Assembly: GCA_964016885.1 (NCBI GenBank)
Contig: OZ024748.1
Location: 43,090,001 to 43,154,000 of the forward strand
Reading direction: 5' to 3'
Length of the DNA stretch: 64,000 nucleotides
Source of the DNA: Eledone cirrhosa
Taxonomy: Eukaryota
How positions within the stretch are numbered: the stretch's first letter is position 1; each line of letters begins with the position of its first letter. This document shows positions 14,001-29,000 of this stretch, in pieces. The notes beneath the pieces are model-generated. The model saw only the letters and a program-made list of their open reading frames with translations, was not told the DNA's origin and made no database searches. Both the position numbers and the translations under genes were made by a program.

Positions 14001-17000
14001 ATGGCGATAGTTGTGTGTAGTGTACAACACTGGTCAGACATGGCGGTAGTTGTGTGTGTGTAGTGTACAGCACTGGTCAGACATGGCGATAGTTGTGTGT
14101 GTGTAGCGTACAGCACTGGTCAGACATGGCGATAGTTGTGTGTGTGTAGTGTACATCACTGGTCAGGCATGGCGATAGTTGTGTGTGTGTAGCGTACAAC
14201 ACTGGTCAGGCATGGCGATAGTTGTGTGTGTGTAGTGTACAGCACTGGTCAGACATGGCGATAGCTGTGTGTGTGTAGCGTACAACACTGGTCAGACATG
14301 GCGATAGTTGTGTGTGTGTAGTGTACAGCACTGGTCAGACATGGCGATAGTTGTGTGTAGTGTACAACACTGGTCAGACATGGCGGTAGTTGTGTGTGTG
14401 TAGTGTACAGCACTTGTCAGGCATGGCGATAGTTATGTGTGTAGTTCACAGCACTGGTCAGACATGGCGATAGTTGTGTGTAGTGTACAGCACTGGTCAG
14501 ACATGGCGATAGTTGTGTGTGTGTAGCGTACAGCACTGGTCAGACATGGCGATAGTTGTGTGTGTGTAGCGTACAGCACTGGTCAGACATGGCGATGTGT
14601 GTGTGTAGTGTACAGCACTGGTCAGACATGGCGATAGTTGTGCGTGTAGTGTACAACACTGGTCAGGCATGGCGATAGTTATGTGTGTGTAGCGTACAGC
14701 ACTGGTCAGGCATGGCGATAGTTGTGTGTGTGTAGCGTACAACACTGGTCAGGCATGGCGATAGTTGTGTGTGTGTAGTGTACAGCACTAGTCAGACATG
14801 GCGATAGTTGTGTGTGTGTAGCGTACAACACTGGTCAGACATGGCGATAGTTGTGTGTGTAGTGTACAGCACTGGTCAGACATGGCGATAGTTGTGTGTA
14901 GTGTACAGAACTGGTCAGACATAGCGATAGTTGTGTGTGTGTAGTGTATAACACTGGTCAGACATGGCGATAGTTGTGTGTGTGTAGTGTACAGCACTGG
15001 TCAGACATGGCGATAGTTGTGTGTGTGTGTGTGTAGCATACAGCACTCGTCAAACATGGCGATAGTTGTGTGTGTGTAGCATACAGCACTGGTCAGGCAT
15101 GGCGATAGTTGTGTGTGCGTGTAGCGTACAGCACTGGTCAGGTATGGCGATAGTTGTGTGTGTGTGTGTGTGTAGCATACAGCACTCGTCAAACATGGCG
15201 ATAGTTGTGTGTGTGTGTGTGTAGCGTACAGCACTGGTCAGACATGGCGATAGTTGTGTGTGTGTGTGTGTAGCGTACAGCACTGGTCAGGTATGGCGAT
15301 AGTTGTGTGTGTGTGTAGCATACAGCACTGGTCAGGATGGCGATAGTTGTTTGTGTGTAGCATACAGCACTGGTCAGGATGGCGATAGTTGTGTGTGTGT
15401 AGCGTACAGCACTGGTCAGGCATGGCGATAGTTGTGTGTGTGTAGCGTACAGCACTGGTCAGACATGGCGATAGTTGTGTGTGTGTAGCGTACAGCACTG
15501 GTCAGACATGGCGATAGTTGTGTGTGTGTAGCGTACAGCACTGGTCAGACATGGCGATAGTTGTGTGTGTGTAGCGTACAGCACTGGTCAGACATGGCGA
15601 TAGTTGTGTGTGTGTAGTGTACAGCACTGGTCAGACATGGCGATAGTTGTGTGTGTGTGTAGCGTACAGCACTGGTCAGGCATGGCGATGGTTGTGTGTG
15701 TGTAGTGTACAGCACTGGTCAGACATGGCGATAGTTGTGTGTGTAGCGTACAGCACTGGTCAGACATGGCGATAGTTGTGTGTGTGTAGTGTACAGCACT
15801 GGTCAGGCATGGCGATAGTTGTGTGTGTGTAGCGTACAACACTGGTCAGGCATGGCGATAGTTGTGTGTGTGTAGTGTACAGCACTCGTCAGGCATGGCG
15901 ATAGTTGTGTGTGTGTAGTGTACAGCACTGGTCAGACATGGCGATAGTTGTGTGTAGTGTACAACACTGGTCAGACATGGCGGTAGTTGTGTGTGTGTAG
16001 TGTACAGCACTGGTCAGGCATGGCGATAGTTATGTGTGTAGTTTACAGCACTGGTCAGACATGGCGATAGTTGTGTGTAGTGTACAGCACTGGTCAGACA
16101 TGGCGATAGTTGTGTGTGTGTAGCGTACAGCACTGGTCAGACATGGCGATAGTTGTGTGTGTGTAGCGTACAGCACTGGTCAGACATGGCGATAGTTGTG
16201 TGTGTGTAGTGTACAGCACTGGTCAGACATGGCGATAGTTGTGTGTAGTGTACAGAACTGGTCAGACATGGCGATAGTTGTGCGTGTAGTGTACAACACT
16301 GGTCAGGCATGGCGATAGTTATGTGTGTGCAGCGTACAGCACTGGTCAGGCATGGCGATAGTTGTGTGTGTGTAGCGTACAACACTGGTCAGGCATGGCG
16401 ATAGTTGTGTGTGTGTAGTGTACAGCACTGGTCAGACATGGCGATAGTTGTGTGTGTGTAGCGTACAACACTGGTCAGACATGGCGATAGTTGTGTGTGT
16501 GTAGTGTACAGCACTGGTCAGACATGGCGATAGTTGTGTGTAGTGTACAGAACTGGTCAGACATAGCGATAGTTGTGTGTGTGTAGTGTACAACACTGGT
16601 CAGACATGGCGATAGTTGTGTGTGTAGTGTACAGCACTGGTCAGACATGGCGATAGTTGTGTGTGTGTAGTGTACAGCACTGGTCAGACATGGCGATAGT
16701 TGTGTGTGTGTGTGTGTGTAGCATACAGCACTCGTCAAACATGGCGATAGTTGTGTGTGTGTAGCATACAGCACTGGTCAGGCATGGCGATAGTTGTGTG
16801 TGTGTGTAGCGTACAGCACTGGTCAGGTATGGCGATAGTTGTGTGTGTATGTGTAGCATACAGCACTCGTCAAACATGGCGATAGTTGTGTGTGTGTAGC
16901 ATACAGCACTGGTCAGACATGGCGATAGTTGTGTGTGTGTGTAGCGTACAGCACTGGTCAGGTATGGCGATAGTTGTGTGTGTGTGTAGCATACAGCACT

Positions 17001-20000
17001 GGTCAGGATGGCGATAGTTGTGTGTGTGTAGCATACAGCACTGGTCAGGATGGCGATAGTTGTGTGTGTGTAGCGTACAGCACTGGTCAGGCATGGCGAT
17101 AGTTGTGTGTGTGTAGCGTACAGCACTGGTCAGACATGGCGATAGTTGTGTGTGTGTAGCGTACAGCACTGGTCAGACATGGCGATAGTTGTGTGTGTGT
17201 AGCGTACAGCACTGGTCAGACATGGCGATAGTTGTGTGTGTGTAGTGTACAGCACAGGTCAGACATGGCGATAGTTGTGTGTGTGTGTAGCGTACAGCAC
17301 TGGTCAGGCATGGCGTTAGTTGTGTGTGTGTAGTGTACAGCACTGGTCAGACATGGCGATAGTTGTGTGTGTGTAGCGTACAGCACTAGTCAGACATGGC
17401 GATAGTTGTGTAGTGTACAGCACTGGTCAGGCATGGCGATAGTTGTGTGTGTGTAGCGTACAACACTGGTCAGGCATGGCGATAGTTGTGTGTGTGTAGT
17501 GTACAACACTGGTCAGGCATGGCGATAGTTGTGTGTGTGTAGTGTACAGCACTGGTCAGACATGGCGATAGTTGTGTGTGTGTAGTGTACAGCACTGGTC
17601 AGACATGGCGATAGTTGTGTGTAGTGTACAACACTGGTCAGACATGGCGGTAGTTGTGTGTGTGTAGTGTACAGCACTGGTCAGACATGGCGATAGTTGT
17701 GTGTGTGTAGCGTACAGCACTGGTCAGACATGGCGATAGTTGTGTGTGTGTAGTGTACAGCACTGGTCAGGCATGGCGATAGTTGTGTGTGTGTAGCGTA
17801 CAACACTGGTCAGGCATGGCGATAGTTGTGTGTGTGTAGTGTACAGCACTGGTCAGACATGGCGATAGCTGTGTGTGTTTAGCGTACAACACTGGTCAGA
17901 CATGGCGATAGTTGTGTGTGTGTAGTGTACAGCACTGGGCAGACATGGCGATAGTTGTGTGTAGTGTACAACACTGGTCAAACATGGCGGTAGTTGTGTG
18001 TGTGTAGTGTACAGCACTGGTCAGGCATGGCGATAGTTATGTGTGTAGTTTACAGCACTGGTCAGACATGGCGATAGTTGTGTGTAGTGTACAGCACTGG
18101 TCAGACATGGCGATAGTTGTGTGTGTGTAGCGTACAGCACTGGTCAGACATGGCGATAGTTGTGTGTGTGTAGCGTACAGCACTGGTCAGACATGGCGAT
18201 AGTTGTGTGTGTGTAGTGTACAGCACTGGTCAGACATGGCGATAGTTGTTTGTAGTGTACAGAACTGGTCAGACATGGCGATAGTTGTGCGTGTAGTGTA
18301 CAACACTGGTCAGGCATGGCGATAGTTATGTGTGTGTAGCGTACAGCACTGGTCAGGCATGGCGATAGTTGTGTGTGTGTAGCGTACAACACTGGTCAGG
18401 CATGGCGATAGTTGTGTGTGTGTAGTGTACAGCACTGGTCAGACATGGCGATAGTTGTGTGTGTGTAGCGTACAACACTGGTCAGACATGGCGATAGTTG
18501 TGTGTGTGTAGTGTACAGCACTGGTCAGACATGGCGATAGTTGTGTGTGTGTAGTGTACAACACTGGTCAGACATGGCGATAGTTGTGTGTGTGTAGTGT
18601 ACAGCACTGGTCAGGCATGGCGATAGTTGTGTGTGTGTAGTGTACAGCACTGGTCAGACATGGCGATAGTTGTGTGTGTGTAGTGTACAGCACTGGTCAG
18701 ACTTGGCGATAGTTGTGTGTGTGTAGTGTACAGCACTGGTCAGACATGGCGATAGTTGTGTGTGTGTGTGTGTAGCATACAGCACTCGTAAAACATGGCG
18801 ATAGTTGTGTGTGTGTAGCATACAGCACTGGTCAGGCATGGCGATAGTTGTGTGTGTGTGTAGCGTACAGCACTGGTCAGGTATGGCGATAGTTGTGTGT
18901 GTGTGTAGCATACAGCACAGGTCAGGATGGCGATAGTTGTGTGTGTGTAGCATACAGCACTGGTCAGCATGGCGATAGTTGTGTGTGTGTAGCGTACAGC
19001 ACTGGTCAGGCATGGCGATAGTTGTGTGTGTGTAGCGTACAGCACTGGTCAGACATGGCGATAGTTGTGTGTGTGTAGCGTACAGCACTGGTCAGACATG
19101 GCGATAGTTGTGTGTGTGTAGTGTACAGCACTGGTCAGACATGGCGATAGTTGTGTGTGTGTGTAGCGTACAGCACTGGTCAGGCATGGCGATAGTTGTG
19201 TGTGTGTAGTGTACAGCACTGGTCAGACATGGCGATAGTTGTGTGTGTGTAGCGTACAGCACTGGTCAAACATGGCGATAGTTGTGTGTGTGTAGTGTAC
19301 AGCACTGGTCAGACATGGCGATAGTTGTGTGTAGTGTACAACACTGGTCAGACATGGCGGTAGTTGTGTGTGTGTAGTGTACAGCACTGGTCAGACATGG
19401 CGATAGTTGTGTGTGTGTAGCGTACAGCACTGGTCAGACATGGCGATAGTTGTGTGTGTGTAGTGTACAGCACTGGTCAGGCATGGCGATAGTTGTGTGT
19501 GTGTAGCGTACAACACTGGTCAGGCATGGCGATAGTTGTGTGTGTGTAGTGTACAGCACTGGTCAGACATGGCGATAGCTGTGTGTGTGTAGCGTACAAC
19601 ACTGGTCAGGCATGGCGATAGTTGTGTGTGTGTAGTGTACAGCACTGGTCAGACATGGCGACAGTTGTGTGTGTGTAGTGTACAGCACTGGTCAGACATG
19701 GCGATAGTTGTGTGTGTGTAGTGTACAGCACTGGTCAGACATGGCGATATTTGTGTGTGTGTAGTGTATAGCACTGGTCAGACATGGCGATAGTTGTGTG
19801 TGTGTAGTGTACAGTTCTGGTCAGACATGGCGATAGTTGTGTGTAGTGTACAACACTGGTCAGACATGGCGGTAGTTGTGTGTGTGTAGTGTACAGCACT
19901 GGTCAGGCATGGCGATAGTTATGTGTGTAGTTTACAGCACTGGTCAGACATGGCGATAGTTGTGTGTAGTGTACAGCACTGGTCAGACATGGCGATAGTT

Positions 20001-23000
20001 GTGTGTGTGTAGCGTACAGCACTGGTCAGACATGGCGATAGTTGTGTGTGTGTAGCGTACAGCACTGGTCAGACATGGCGATAGTTGTGTGTGTGTAGTG
20101 TACAGCACTGGTCAGACATGGCGATAGTTGTGTGTAGTGTACAGAACTGGTCAGACATGGCGATGGTTGTGCGTGTAGTGTACAACACTGGTCAGGCATG
20201 GCGATAGTTATGTGTGTGTAGCGTACAGCACTGGTCAGACATGGCGATAGTTGTGTCTAGTGTACAGAACTGGTCAGACATAGCGATAGTTGTGTGTGTG
20301 TAGTGTACAACACTGGTCAGACATGGCGATAGTTGTGTGTGTGTAGTGTACAGCACTGGTCAGGCATGGCGATAGTTATGTGTGTAGTTTACAGCACTGG
20401 TCAGACATGGCGATAGTTGTGTGTGTGTAGAGTACAGCACTGGTCAGACATGGCGATAGTTGTGTGTAGTGTACAGCACAGGTCAGACATGGCGATAATT
20501 GTGTGTGTGTAGCGTACATCACTGGTCAGACATGGCGATAGTTTTGTGTGTGTAGCGTACAGCACTGGTCAGACATGGCGATAGTTGTGTGTAGTGTACA
20601 GAACTGGTCAGACATGGCGATAGTTGTGTGTGTGTAGTGTACAGCACTGGTCAGACATGGCGATAGTTGTGTGTAGTGTACAACACTGGTCAGACATGGC
20701 GGTAGTTGTGTGTGTGTAGTGTACAGCACTGGTCAGACATGGCGATAGTTGTGTGTGTGTAGCGTACAGCACTGGTCAGACATGGCGATAGTTGTGTGTG
20801 TGTAGTGTACAGCACTGGTCAGGCATGGCGATAGTTGTGTGTGTGTAGCGTACAACACTGGTCAGGCATGGCGATAGTTGTGTGTGTGTAGTGTACAGCA
20901 CTGGTCAGACATGGCGATAGCCGTGTGTGTGTAGCGTACAACACTGGTCAGACATGGCGATAGTTGTGTGTGTGTAGTGTACAGCACTGGTCAGACATGG
21001 CGATAGTTGTGTGTAGTGTACAACACTGGTCAGACATGGCGGTAGTTGTGTGTGTGTAGTGTACAGCAATGGTCAGGCATGGCGATAGTTATGTGTGTAG
21101 TTTACAGCACTGGTCAGACATGGCGATAGTTGTGTGTGTGTAGTGTACAGCACTGGTCAGACATGGCAATAGTTGTGTGTGTGTAGCGTACAGCACTGGT
21201 CAGACATGGCAATAGTTGTGTGTGTGTAGCGTACAGCACTGGTCAGGCATAGCGATAGTTATGTGTGTGTAGCGTACAGCACTGGTCAGACATGGCGATA
21301 GTTGTGTGTGTGTAGTGTACAGCACTGGTCAGACATGGCGACAGTTGTGTGTGTGTAGTGTACAGCACTGGTCAGACATGGCGATAGTTGTGTGTGTGTA
21401 GTGTACAGCACTGGTCAGACATGGCGATATTTGTGTGTGTGTAGTGTATAGCACTGGTCAGACATGGCGATAGTTGTGTGTGTGTAGTGTACAGTTCTGG
21501 TCAGACATGGCGATAGTTGTGTGTGTGTAGTGTACAGTACTGGTCAGACATGGCGATAGTTGTGTGTGTGTAGTGTACAGAACTGGTCAGACATGGCGAT
21601 ATTTGTTGTGTGTGTAGCTTACAGCACTGGTCAGACATGGCGATAGTTGTGTAGCGTACAGCACTGGTCAGACATGGCGATAGTTGTGTGTGTGTAGCGT
21701 ACAGCACTGGTCAGAGATGGCGATAGTGGTGTGTGTGTAGTGTACAGCACTGGTCAGACATGGCGATAGTTGTGTGTGTGTAGTGTACAGCACTGGTCAG
21801 GCATGGCGATAGTTATGTGTGTGTAGTGTACAGCACTGGTCAGGCATGGCGATCGTTATGTGTGTGTAGTTTACAGCACTGGTCAGGCATGGCGATAGTT
21901 ATGTGTGTGTAGCGTACAGCACTGGTCAGGCATGGCGATAGTTGTGTGTGTGTAGTGTACAGCACTGGTCAGACATGGCGATAGTTGTGTGTGTGTAGCG
22001 TACAACACTGGTCAGACATGGCGATAGTTGTGTGTGTGTAGTGTACATCACTGGTCAGACATGGCCATAGTTGTGTGTAGTGTACAGAACTGGTCAGACA
22101 TAGCGATAGTTGTGTGTGTAGTGTACAACACTGGTCAGACATGGCGGTAGTTGTGTGTGTGTAGTGTACAGCACTGGTCAGGCATGGCGATAGTTATGTG
22201 TGTAGTTTACAGCATTGGTCAGACATGGCGATAGTTGTGTGTGTGTAGCGTACAGCACTGGTCAGACATGGCGATAGTTGTGTGTAGTGTACAGAACTGG
22301 TCAGACATGGCGATAGTTGTGTGTGTGTGTAGTGTACAGCACTGGTCAGACATGGCGATAGTTGTGTGTGTGTGTAGCGTACAGCACTGGTCAGGCATGA
22401 CGATAGTTATGTGTGTGTAGCGTACAGCACTGGTCAGGCATGGCGATAGTTATGTGTGTGTAGCGTACAGCACTGGTCAGGCTTGGCGATAATTATGTGT
22501 GTGTAGTGTACAGCACTGGTCAGGCATGGCGATAGTTATGTTTGTGTAGCGTACAGCACTGGTCAGACATGGCGATAGTTGTGTGTGTGTGGCGTACAGC
22601 ACTGGTCAGACATGGCGATAGTTGTGTGTGTGTAGCGTACAGCACTGGTCAGACATGGCGATAGTTGTGTGTGTGTAGTGTACAGCACTGGTCAGACATG
22701 GCGATAGTTGTGTGTGTGTAGTGTACAGCACTGGTCAGACATGGCGATAGATGTGTGTGTGTGTAGTGTACAGCACTGGTCAGACATGGCGATATTTGTG
22801 TGTGTGTAGTGTATAGCACTGGTCAGACATGGCGATAGTTGTGTGTGTGTAGTGTACAGCACTGGTCAGACATGGCGATTGTTGTGTGTGTGTAGTGTAC
22901 AGCACTGGTCAGACATGGCGATAGTTGTGTGTGTGTAGTGTACAGCACTGGTCAGACATGGCGATAGTTGTGTGTAGTGTACAGAACTGGTCAGAGATAG

Positions 23001-26000
23001 CGATAGTTGTGTGTGTGTAGTGTACAACACTGGTCAGACATGGCGGTAGTTGTGTGTGTGTAGTGTACAGCACTGGTCAGGCATGGCCATAGTTGTGTGT
23101 GTAGCGTACAGCACTGGTCAGGCATGGCGATAGTTATGTGTGTGTAGTTTACAGCACTGGTCAGACATGGCGATAGTTGTGTGTGTGTAGTGTACAGCAC
23201 TGGTCAGACATGGCGATAGTTGTGTGTGTGTAGCGTACAGCACTGGTCAGACATGGCGATAGTTCTGTGTGTAGCGTACAGCACTGGTCAGGCATGGCGA
23301 TAGTTATCTGTGTGTAGTGTACAGCACTGATCAGACATGGCGATAGTTGTTTGTGCAGTGTACAGCACTGGTCAGGCATGGCGATAGTTGTGTGTGTGTA
23401 GTGTACAGCACTGGTCAGACATGGCGATAGTTGTGTGTGTGTAGTTTACAGCACTGGTCAAACATGACGATAGTTGTGTGTGTGTAGTGTACAGCACTGG
23501 TCAGACATGGCGACAGTTGTGTGTGTGTAGCATACAGCACTGGTCAGACATGGCGATAGTTGTGTGTGTGTGTAGCGTACAGCACTGGTCAGACATGGCG
23601 ATAGTTGTGTGTAGCGTACAGCACTGGTCAGGCATGGCGATAGTTGTGTGTGTGTAGCGTACAACACTGGTCAGGCATGGCGATAGTTGTGTGTGTGTAG
23701 TGTACAGCACTGGTCAGACATGGCGATAGTTGTGTGTGTGTAGCGTACAGCACTGGTCAGACATGGCGATAGTTATGTGTGTGTAGTGTACAGCACTGGT
23801 CAGACATGGCGACAGTTGTGTGTGTGTAGTGTACAGCACTGGTCAGACATGGCGATAGTTGTGTGTGTGTAGTGTACAGCACTGGTCAGACATGGCGATA
23901 GTTGTGTGTGTGTGTGTAGTGTACAGCACTGGTCAGACATGGCGATATTTGTGTGTGTGTAGTGTATAGCACTGGTCAGACATGGCAATAGTTGTGTGTG
24001 TGTAGTGTACAGTACTGGTCAGACATGGCGATAGTTGTGTGTGTGTAGTGTACAGTACTGGTAAGACATGGCGATAGTTGTGTGTGTGTAGCTTACAGCA
24101 CTGGTCAGACATGGCGATAGTTGTGTAGCGTACAGCACTGGTCAGACGTGGCGATAGTTGTGTGTGTGTAGCGTACAGCACTGGTCAGAGATGGCGATAG
24201 TTGTGTGTGTGTAGTGTACAGCACTCGTCAGACATGGCGATAGTTGTGTGTGTGTAGTGTACAGCACTGGTCAGGCATGGCGATAGTTATGTGTGTGTAG
24301 TTTACAGCACTGGTCAGGAATGGCGATAGTTATGTGTGTGTAGCGTACAGCACTGGTCAGGCATGGCGATAGTTGTGTGTGTGTAGCGTACAACACTGGT
24401 CAGGCATGGCGATAGTTGTGTGTGTGTAGTGTACAGCACTGGTCAGACATGGCGATAGTTGTGTGTGTGTAGCGTACAACACTGGTCAGACATGGCGATA
24501 GTTTTGTGTGTGTAGTGTACAGCACTGGTCAGGCATGCCGATAGTTATGTGTGTAGTTTACAGCACTGGTCAGACATGGCGATAGTTGTGTGTGTGTAGC
24601 GTACAGCACTGGTCAGACATGGCGATAGTTGTGTGTAGTGTACAGCACTGGTCAGACATGGCGATAGTTGTGCGTGTGTAGCGTACAGCACTGGTCAGAC
24701 ATGGCGATAGTTGTGTGTAGTGTACAGAACTGGTCAGACATGGCGATAGTTGTGTGTGTGTGTAGTGTACAGCACTGGTCAGACATGGCGATAGTTGTGT
24801 GTGTGTGTAGCGTACAGCACTGGTCAGGCATGGCGATAGTTGTGTGTGTGTAGTGTACAGCACTGGTCAGACATGGCAATAGTTGTGTGTGTGTAGCGTA
24901 CAGCACTGGTCAGGCATGGCGATAGTTATGTGTGCGTAGCGTACAGCACTGGTCAGGCATGGCGATAGTTATGTGTGTGTAGCCTACAGCACTGGTCAGG
25001 CACGGCGATAATTATGTGTGTGTAGTGTACAGCACTGGTCAGGCATGGCGATAGTTATGTGTGTGTAGTGTACAGCACTGGTCAGGCATGGCGATAGTTA
25101 TGTTTGTGTAGCGTACAGCACTGGTCAGACATGGCAATAGTTGTGTGTGGCGTACAGCACTGGTCAGACATGGCGATAGTTGTGTGTGTGTAGCGTACAG
25201 CACTGGTCAGACATGGCGATAGTTGTGTGTGTGTAGTGTACAGCACTGGTCAGACATGGCGATAGTTGTGTGTGTGTAGTGTACAGCACTGGTCAGACAT
25301 GGCGATAGTTGTGTGTGTGTGTAGTGTACAGCACTGGTCAGACATGGCGATATTTGTGTGTGTGTAGTGTATAGCACTGGTCAGACATGGCGATAGTTGT
25401 GTGTGTGTAGTGTACAGCACTGGTCAGACATGGCGATAGTTGTGTGTGTGTAGTGTACAGCACTGGTCAGACATGGCGATAGTTGTGTGTGTGTAGTGTA
25501 CAGCACTGGTCAGACATGGCGATAGTTGTGTGTGTGTAGTGTACAGCACTGGTCAGACATGGCGATAGTTGTGTGTAGTGTACAGAACTGGTCAGACATA
25601 GCGATAGTTGTGTGTGTGTAGTGTACAACACTGGTCAGACATGGCGGTAGTTGTGTGTGTGTAGTGTACAGCACTGGTCAGGCATGGCCATAGTTGTGTG
25701 TGTAGCGTACAGCACTGGTCAGGCATGGCGATAGTTATGTGTGTGTAGTTTACAACACTGGTCAGACATGGCGATATTTGTGTGTGTGTAGTGTACAGCA
25801 CTGGTCAGACATGGCGATAGTTGTGTGTGTGTAGCGTACAGCACTGGTCAGGCATGGCGATAGTTATGTGTGTGTAGCGTACAGCACTGATCAGACATGG
25901 CGATAGTTATCTGCGTGTAGCGTACAGCACTGATCAGACATGGCGATAGTTATGTGTGTAGTTTACAGCACTGGTCAGACATGACGATAGTTATGTGTGT

Positions 26001-29000
26001 AGTTTACAGCACTGGTCAGACATGGCGACAGTTGTGTGTGTGTAGCATACAGCACTGGTCAGACATGGCGATAGTTGTGTGTGTGTGTAGCGTACAGCAC
26101 TGGTCAGACATGGCGATAGTTGTGTGTAGCGTACAGCACTGGTCAGGCATGGCGATAGTTGTGTGTGTGTAGCGTACAACACTGGTCAGGCATGGCGATA
26201 GTTGTGTGTGTGTAGTGTACAGCACTGGTCAGACATGGCGATAGTTGTGTGTGTGTAGCGTACAGCACTGGTCAGACATGGCGATAGTTATGTGTGTGTA
26301 GTGTACAGCACTGGTCAGACATGGCGACAGTTGTGTGTGTGTAGTGTACAGCACTGGTCAGACATGGCGATAGTTGTGTGTGTGTAGTGTACAGCACTGG
26401 TCAGACATGGCGATAGTTGTGTGTGTGTGTGTAGTGTACAGCACTGGTCAGACATGGCGATATTTGTGTGTGTGTAGTGTATAGCACTGGTCAGACATGG
26501 CGATAGTTGTGTTTGTGTAGTGTACAGTACTGGTCAGACATGGCGATAGTTGTGTGTGTGTAGTGTACAGTACTGGTCAGACATGGCGATAGTTGTGTGT
26601 GTGTAGCTTACAGCACTGGTCAGACATGGCGATAGTTGTGTAGCGTACAGCACTGGTCAGACGTGGCGATAGTTGTGTGTGTGTAGCGTACAGCACTGGT
26701 CAGAGATGGCGATAGTTGTGTGTGTGTAGTGTACAGCACTCGTCAGACATGGCCATAGTTGTGTGTGTGTAGTGTACAGCACTGGTCAGGCATGGCGATA
26801 GTTATGTGTGTGTAGCGTACAGCACTGGTCAGGCATGGCGATAGTTATGTGTGTGTAGTTTACAGCACTGGTCAGGCATGGCGATAGTTATGTGTGTGTA
26901 GCGTACAGCACTGGTCAGGCATGGCGATAGTTGTGTGTGTGTAGCGTGCAACACTGGTCAGGCATGGCGATAGTTGTGTGTGTGTAGTGTACAGCACTGG
27001 TCAGACATGGCGATAGTTGTGTGTGTGTAGCGTACAACACTGGTCAGACATGGCGATAGTTTTGTGTAGTGTAGTGTACAGCACTGGTCAGACATGGCGA
27101 TAGTTGTGTGTAGTGTACAGAACTGGTCAGACATAGCGATAGTTGTGTGTGTGTAGTGTACAACACTGGTCAGACATGGCGGTAGTTGTGTGTGTGTAGT
27201 GTACAGCACTGGTCAGGCATGCCGATAGTTATGTGTGTAGTTTACAGCACTGGTCAGACATGGCGATAGTTGTGTGTGTGTAGCGTACAGCACTGGTCAG
27301 ACATGGCGATAGTTGTGTGTAGTGTACAGCACTGGTCAGACATGGCGATAGTTGTGTGTGTGTAGCGTACAGCACTGGTCAGACATGGCGATAGTTGTGT
27401 GTGTGTGTAGCGTACAGCACTGGTCAGGCATGGCGATAGTTGTGTGTGTGTAGTGTACAGCACTGGTCAGACATGGCAATAGTTGTGTGTGTGTAGCGTA
27501 CAGCACTGGTCAGGCATGGCGATAGTTATGTGTGTGTAGCGTACAGCACTGGTCAGGCATGGCGATAGTTATGTGTGTGTAGCGTACAGCACTGGTCAGG
27601 CATGGCGATAATTATGTGTGTGTAGTGTACAGCACTGGTCAGGCATGGCGATAGTTATGTGTGTGTAGTGTACAGCACTGGTCAGGCATGGCGATAGTTA
27701 TGTTTGTGTAGCGTACAGCACTGGTCAGACATGGCAATAGTTGTGTGTGGCGTACAGCACTGGTCAGACATGGCGATAGTTGTGTGTGTGTAGCGTACAG
27801 CACTGGTCAGACATGGCGATAGTTGTGTGTGTGTAGTGTACAGCACTGGTCAGACATGGCGATAGTTGTGTGTGTGTAGTGTACAGCACTGGTCAGACAT
27901 GGCGATAGTTGTGTGTGTGTGTAGTGTACAGCACTGGTCAGACATGGCGATATTTGTGTGTGTGTAGTGTATAGCACTGGTCAGACATGGCGATAGTTGT
28001 GTGTGTGTAGTGTACAGCACTGGTCAGACATGGCGATAGTTGTGTGTGTGTAGTGTACAGCACTGGTCAGACATGGCGATAGTTGTGTGTGTGTAGCGTA
28101 CAGCACTGGTCAGACATGGCAATAGTTGTGTGTGGCGTACAGCACTGGTCAGACATGGCGATAGTTGTGTGTGTGTAGCGTACAGCACTGGTCAGACATG
28201 GCGATAGTTGTGTGTGTGTAGTGTACAGCACTGGTTAGACATGGCGATAGTTGTGTGTGTGTAGTGTACAGCACTGGTCAGACATGGCGATAGTTGTGTG
28301 TGTGTAGTGTACAGCACTGGTCAGACATGGCGATAGTTGTGTGTAGTGTACAGAACTGGTCAGACATAGCGATAGTTGTGTGTGTGTAGTGTACAACACT
28401 GGTCAGACATGGCGGTAGTTGTGTGTGTGTAGTGTACAGCACTGGTCAGGCATGGCCATAGTTGTGTGTGTAGCGTACAGCACTGGTCAGGCATGGCGAT
28501 AGTTATGTGTGTGTAGTTTACAACACTGGTCAGACATGGCGATATTTGTGTGTGTGTAGTGTACAGCACTGGTCAGACATGGCGATAGTTGTGTGTGTGT
28601 AGCGTACAGCACTGGTCAGATATGGCGATAGTTCTGTGTGTAGCGTACAGCACCGGTCAGGCATGGCGATAGTTATCTGTGTGTAGTGTACAGCACTGAT
28701 CAGACATGGCGATAGTTGTTTGTGTAGTGTACAGCACTGGTCAGGCATGGCGATAGTTATGTGTGTAGTTTACAGCACTGGTCAAACATGACGATAGTTG
28801 TGTGTGTGTAGTGTACAGCACTGGTCAGACATGGCGATAGTTGTGTGTGTGTAGCGTACAGCACTGGTCAGACATGGCGATAGTTGTGTGTGTGTGTAGT
28901 GTACAGCACTGGTCAGACATGGCGATAGTTGTGTGTGTGTGTAGCGTATAGCACTGGTCAGGCATGGCGATAGTTGTGTGTGTGTAGTGTACAGTACTGG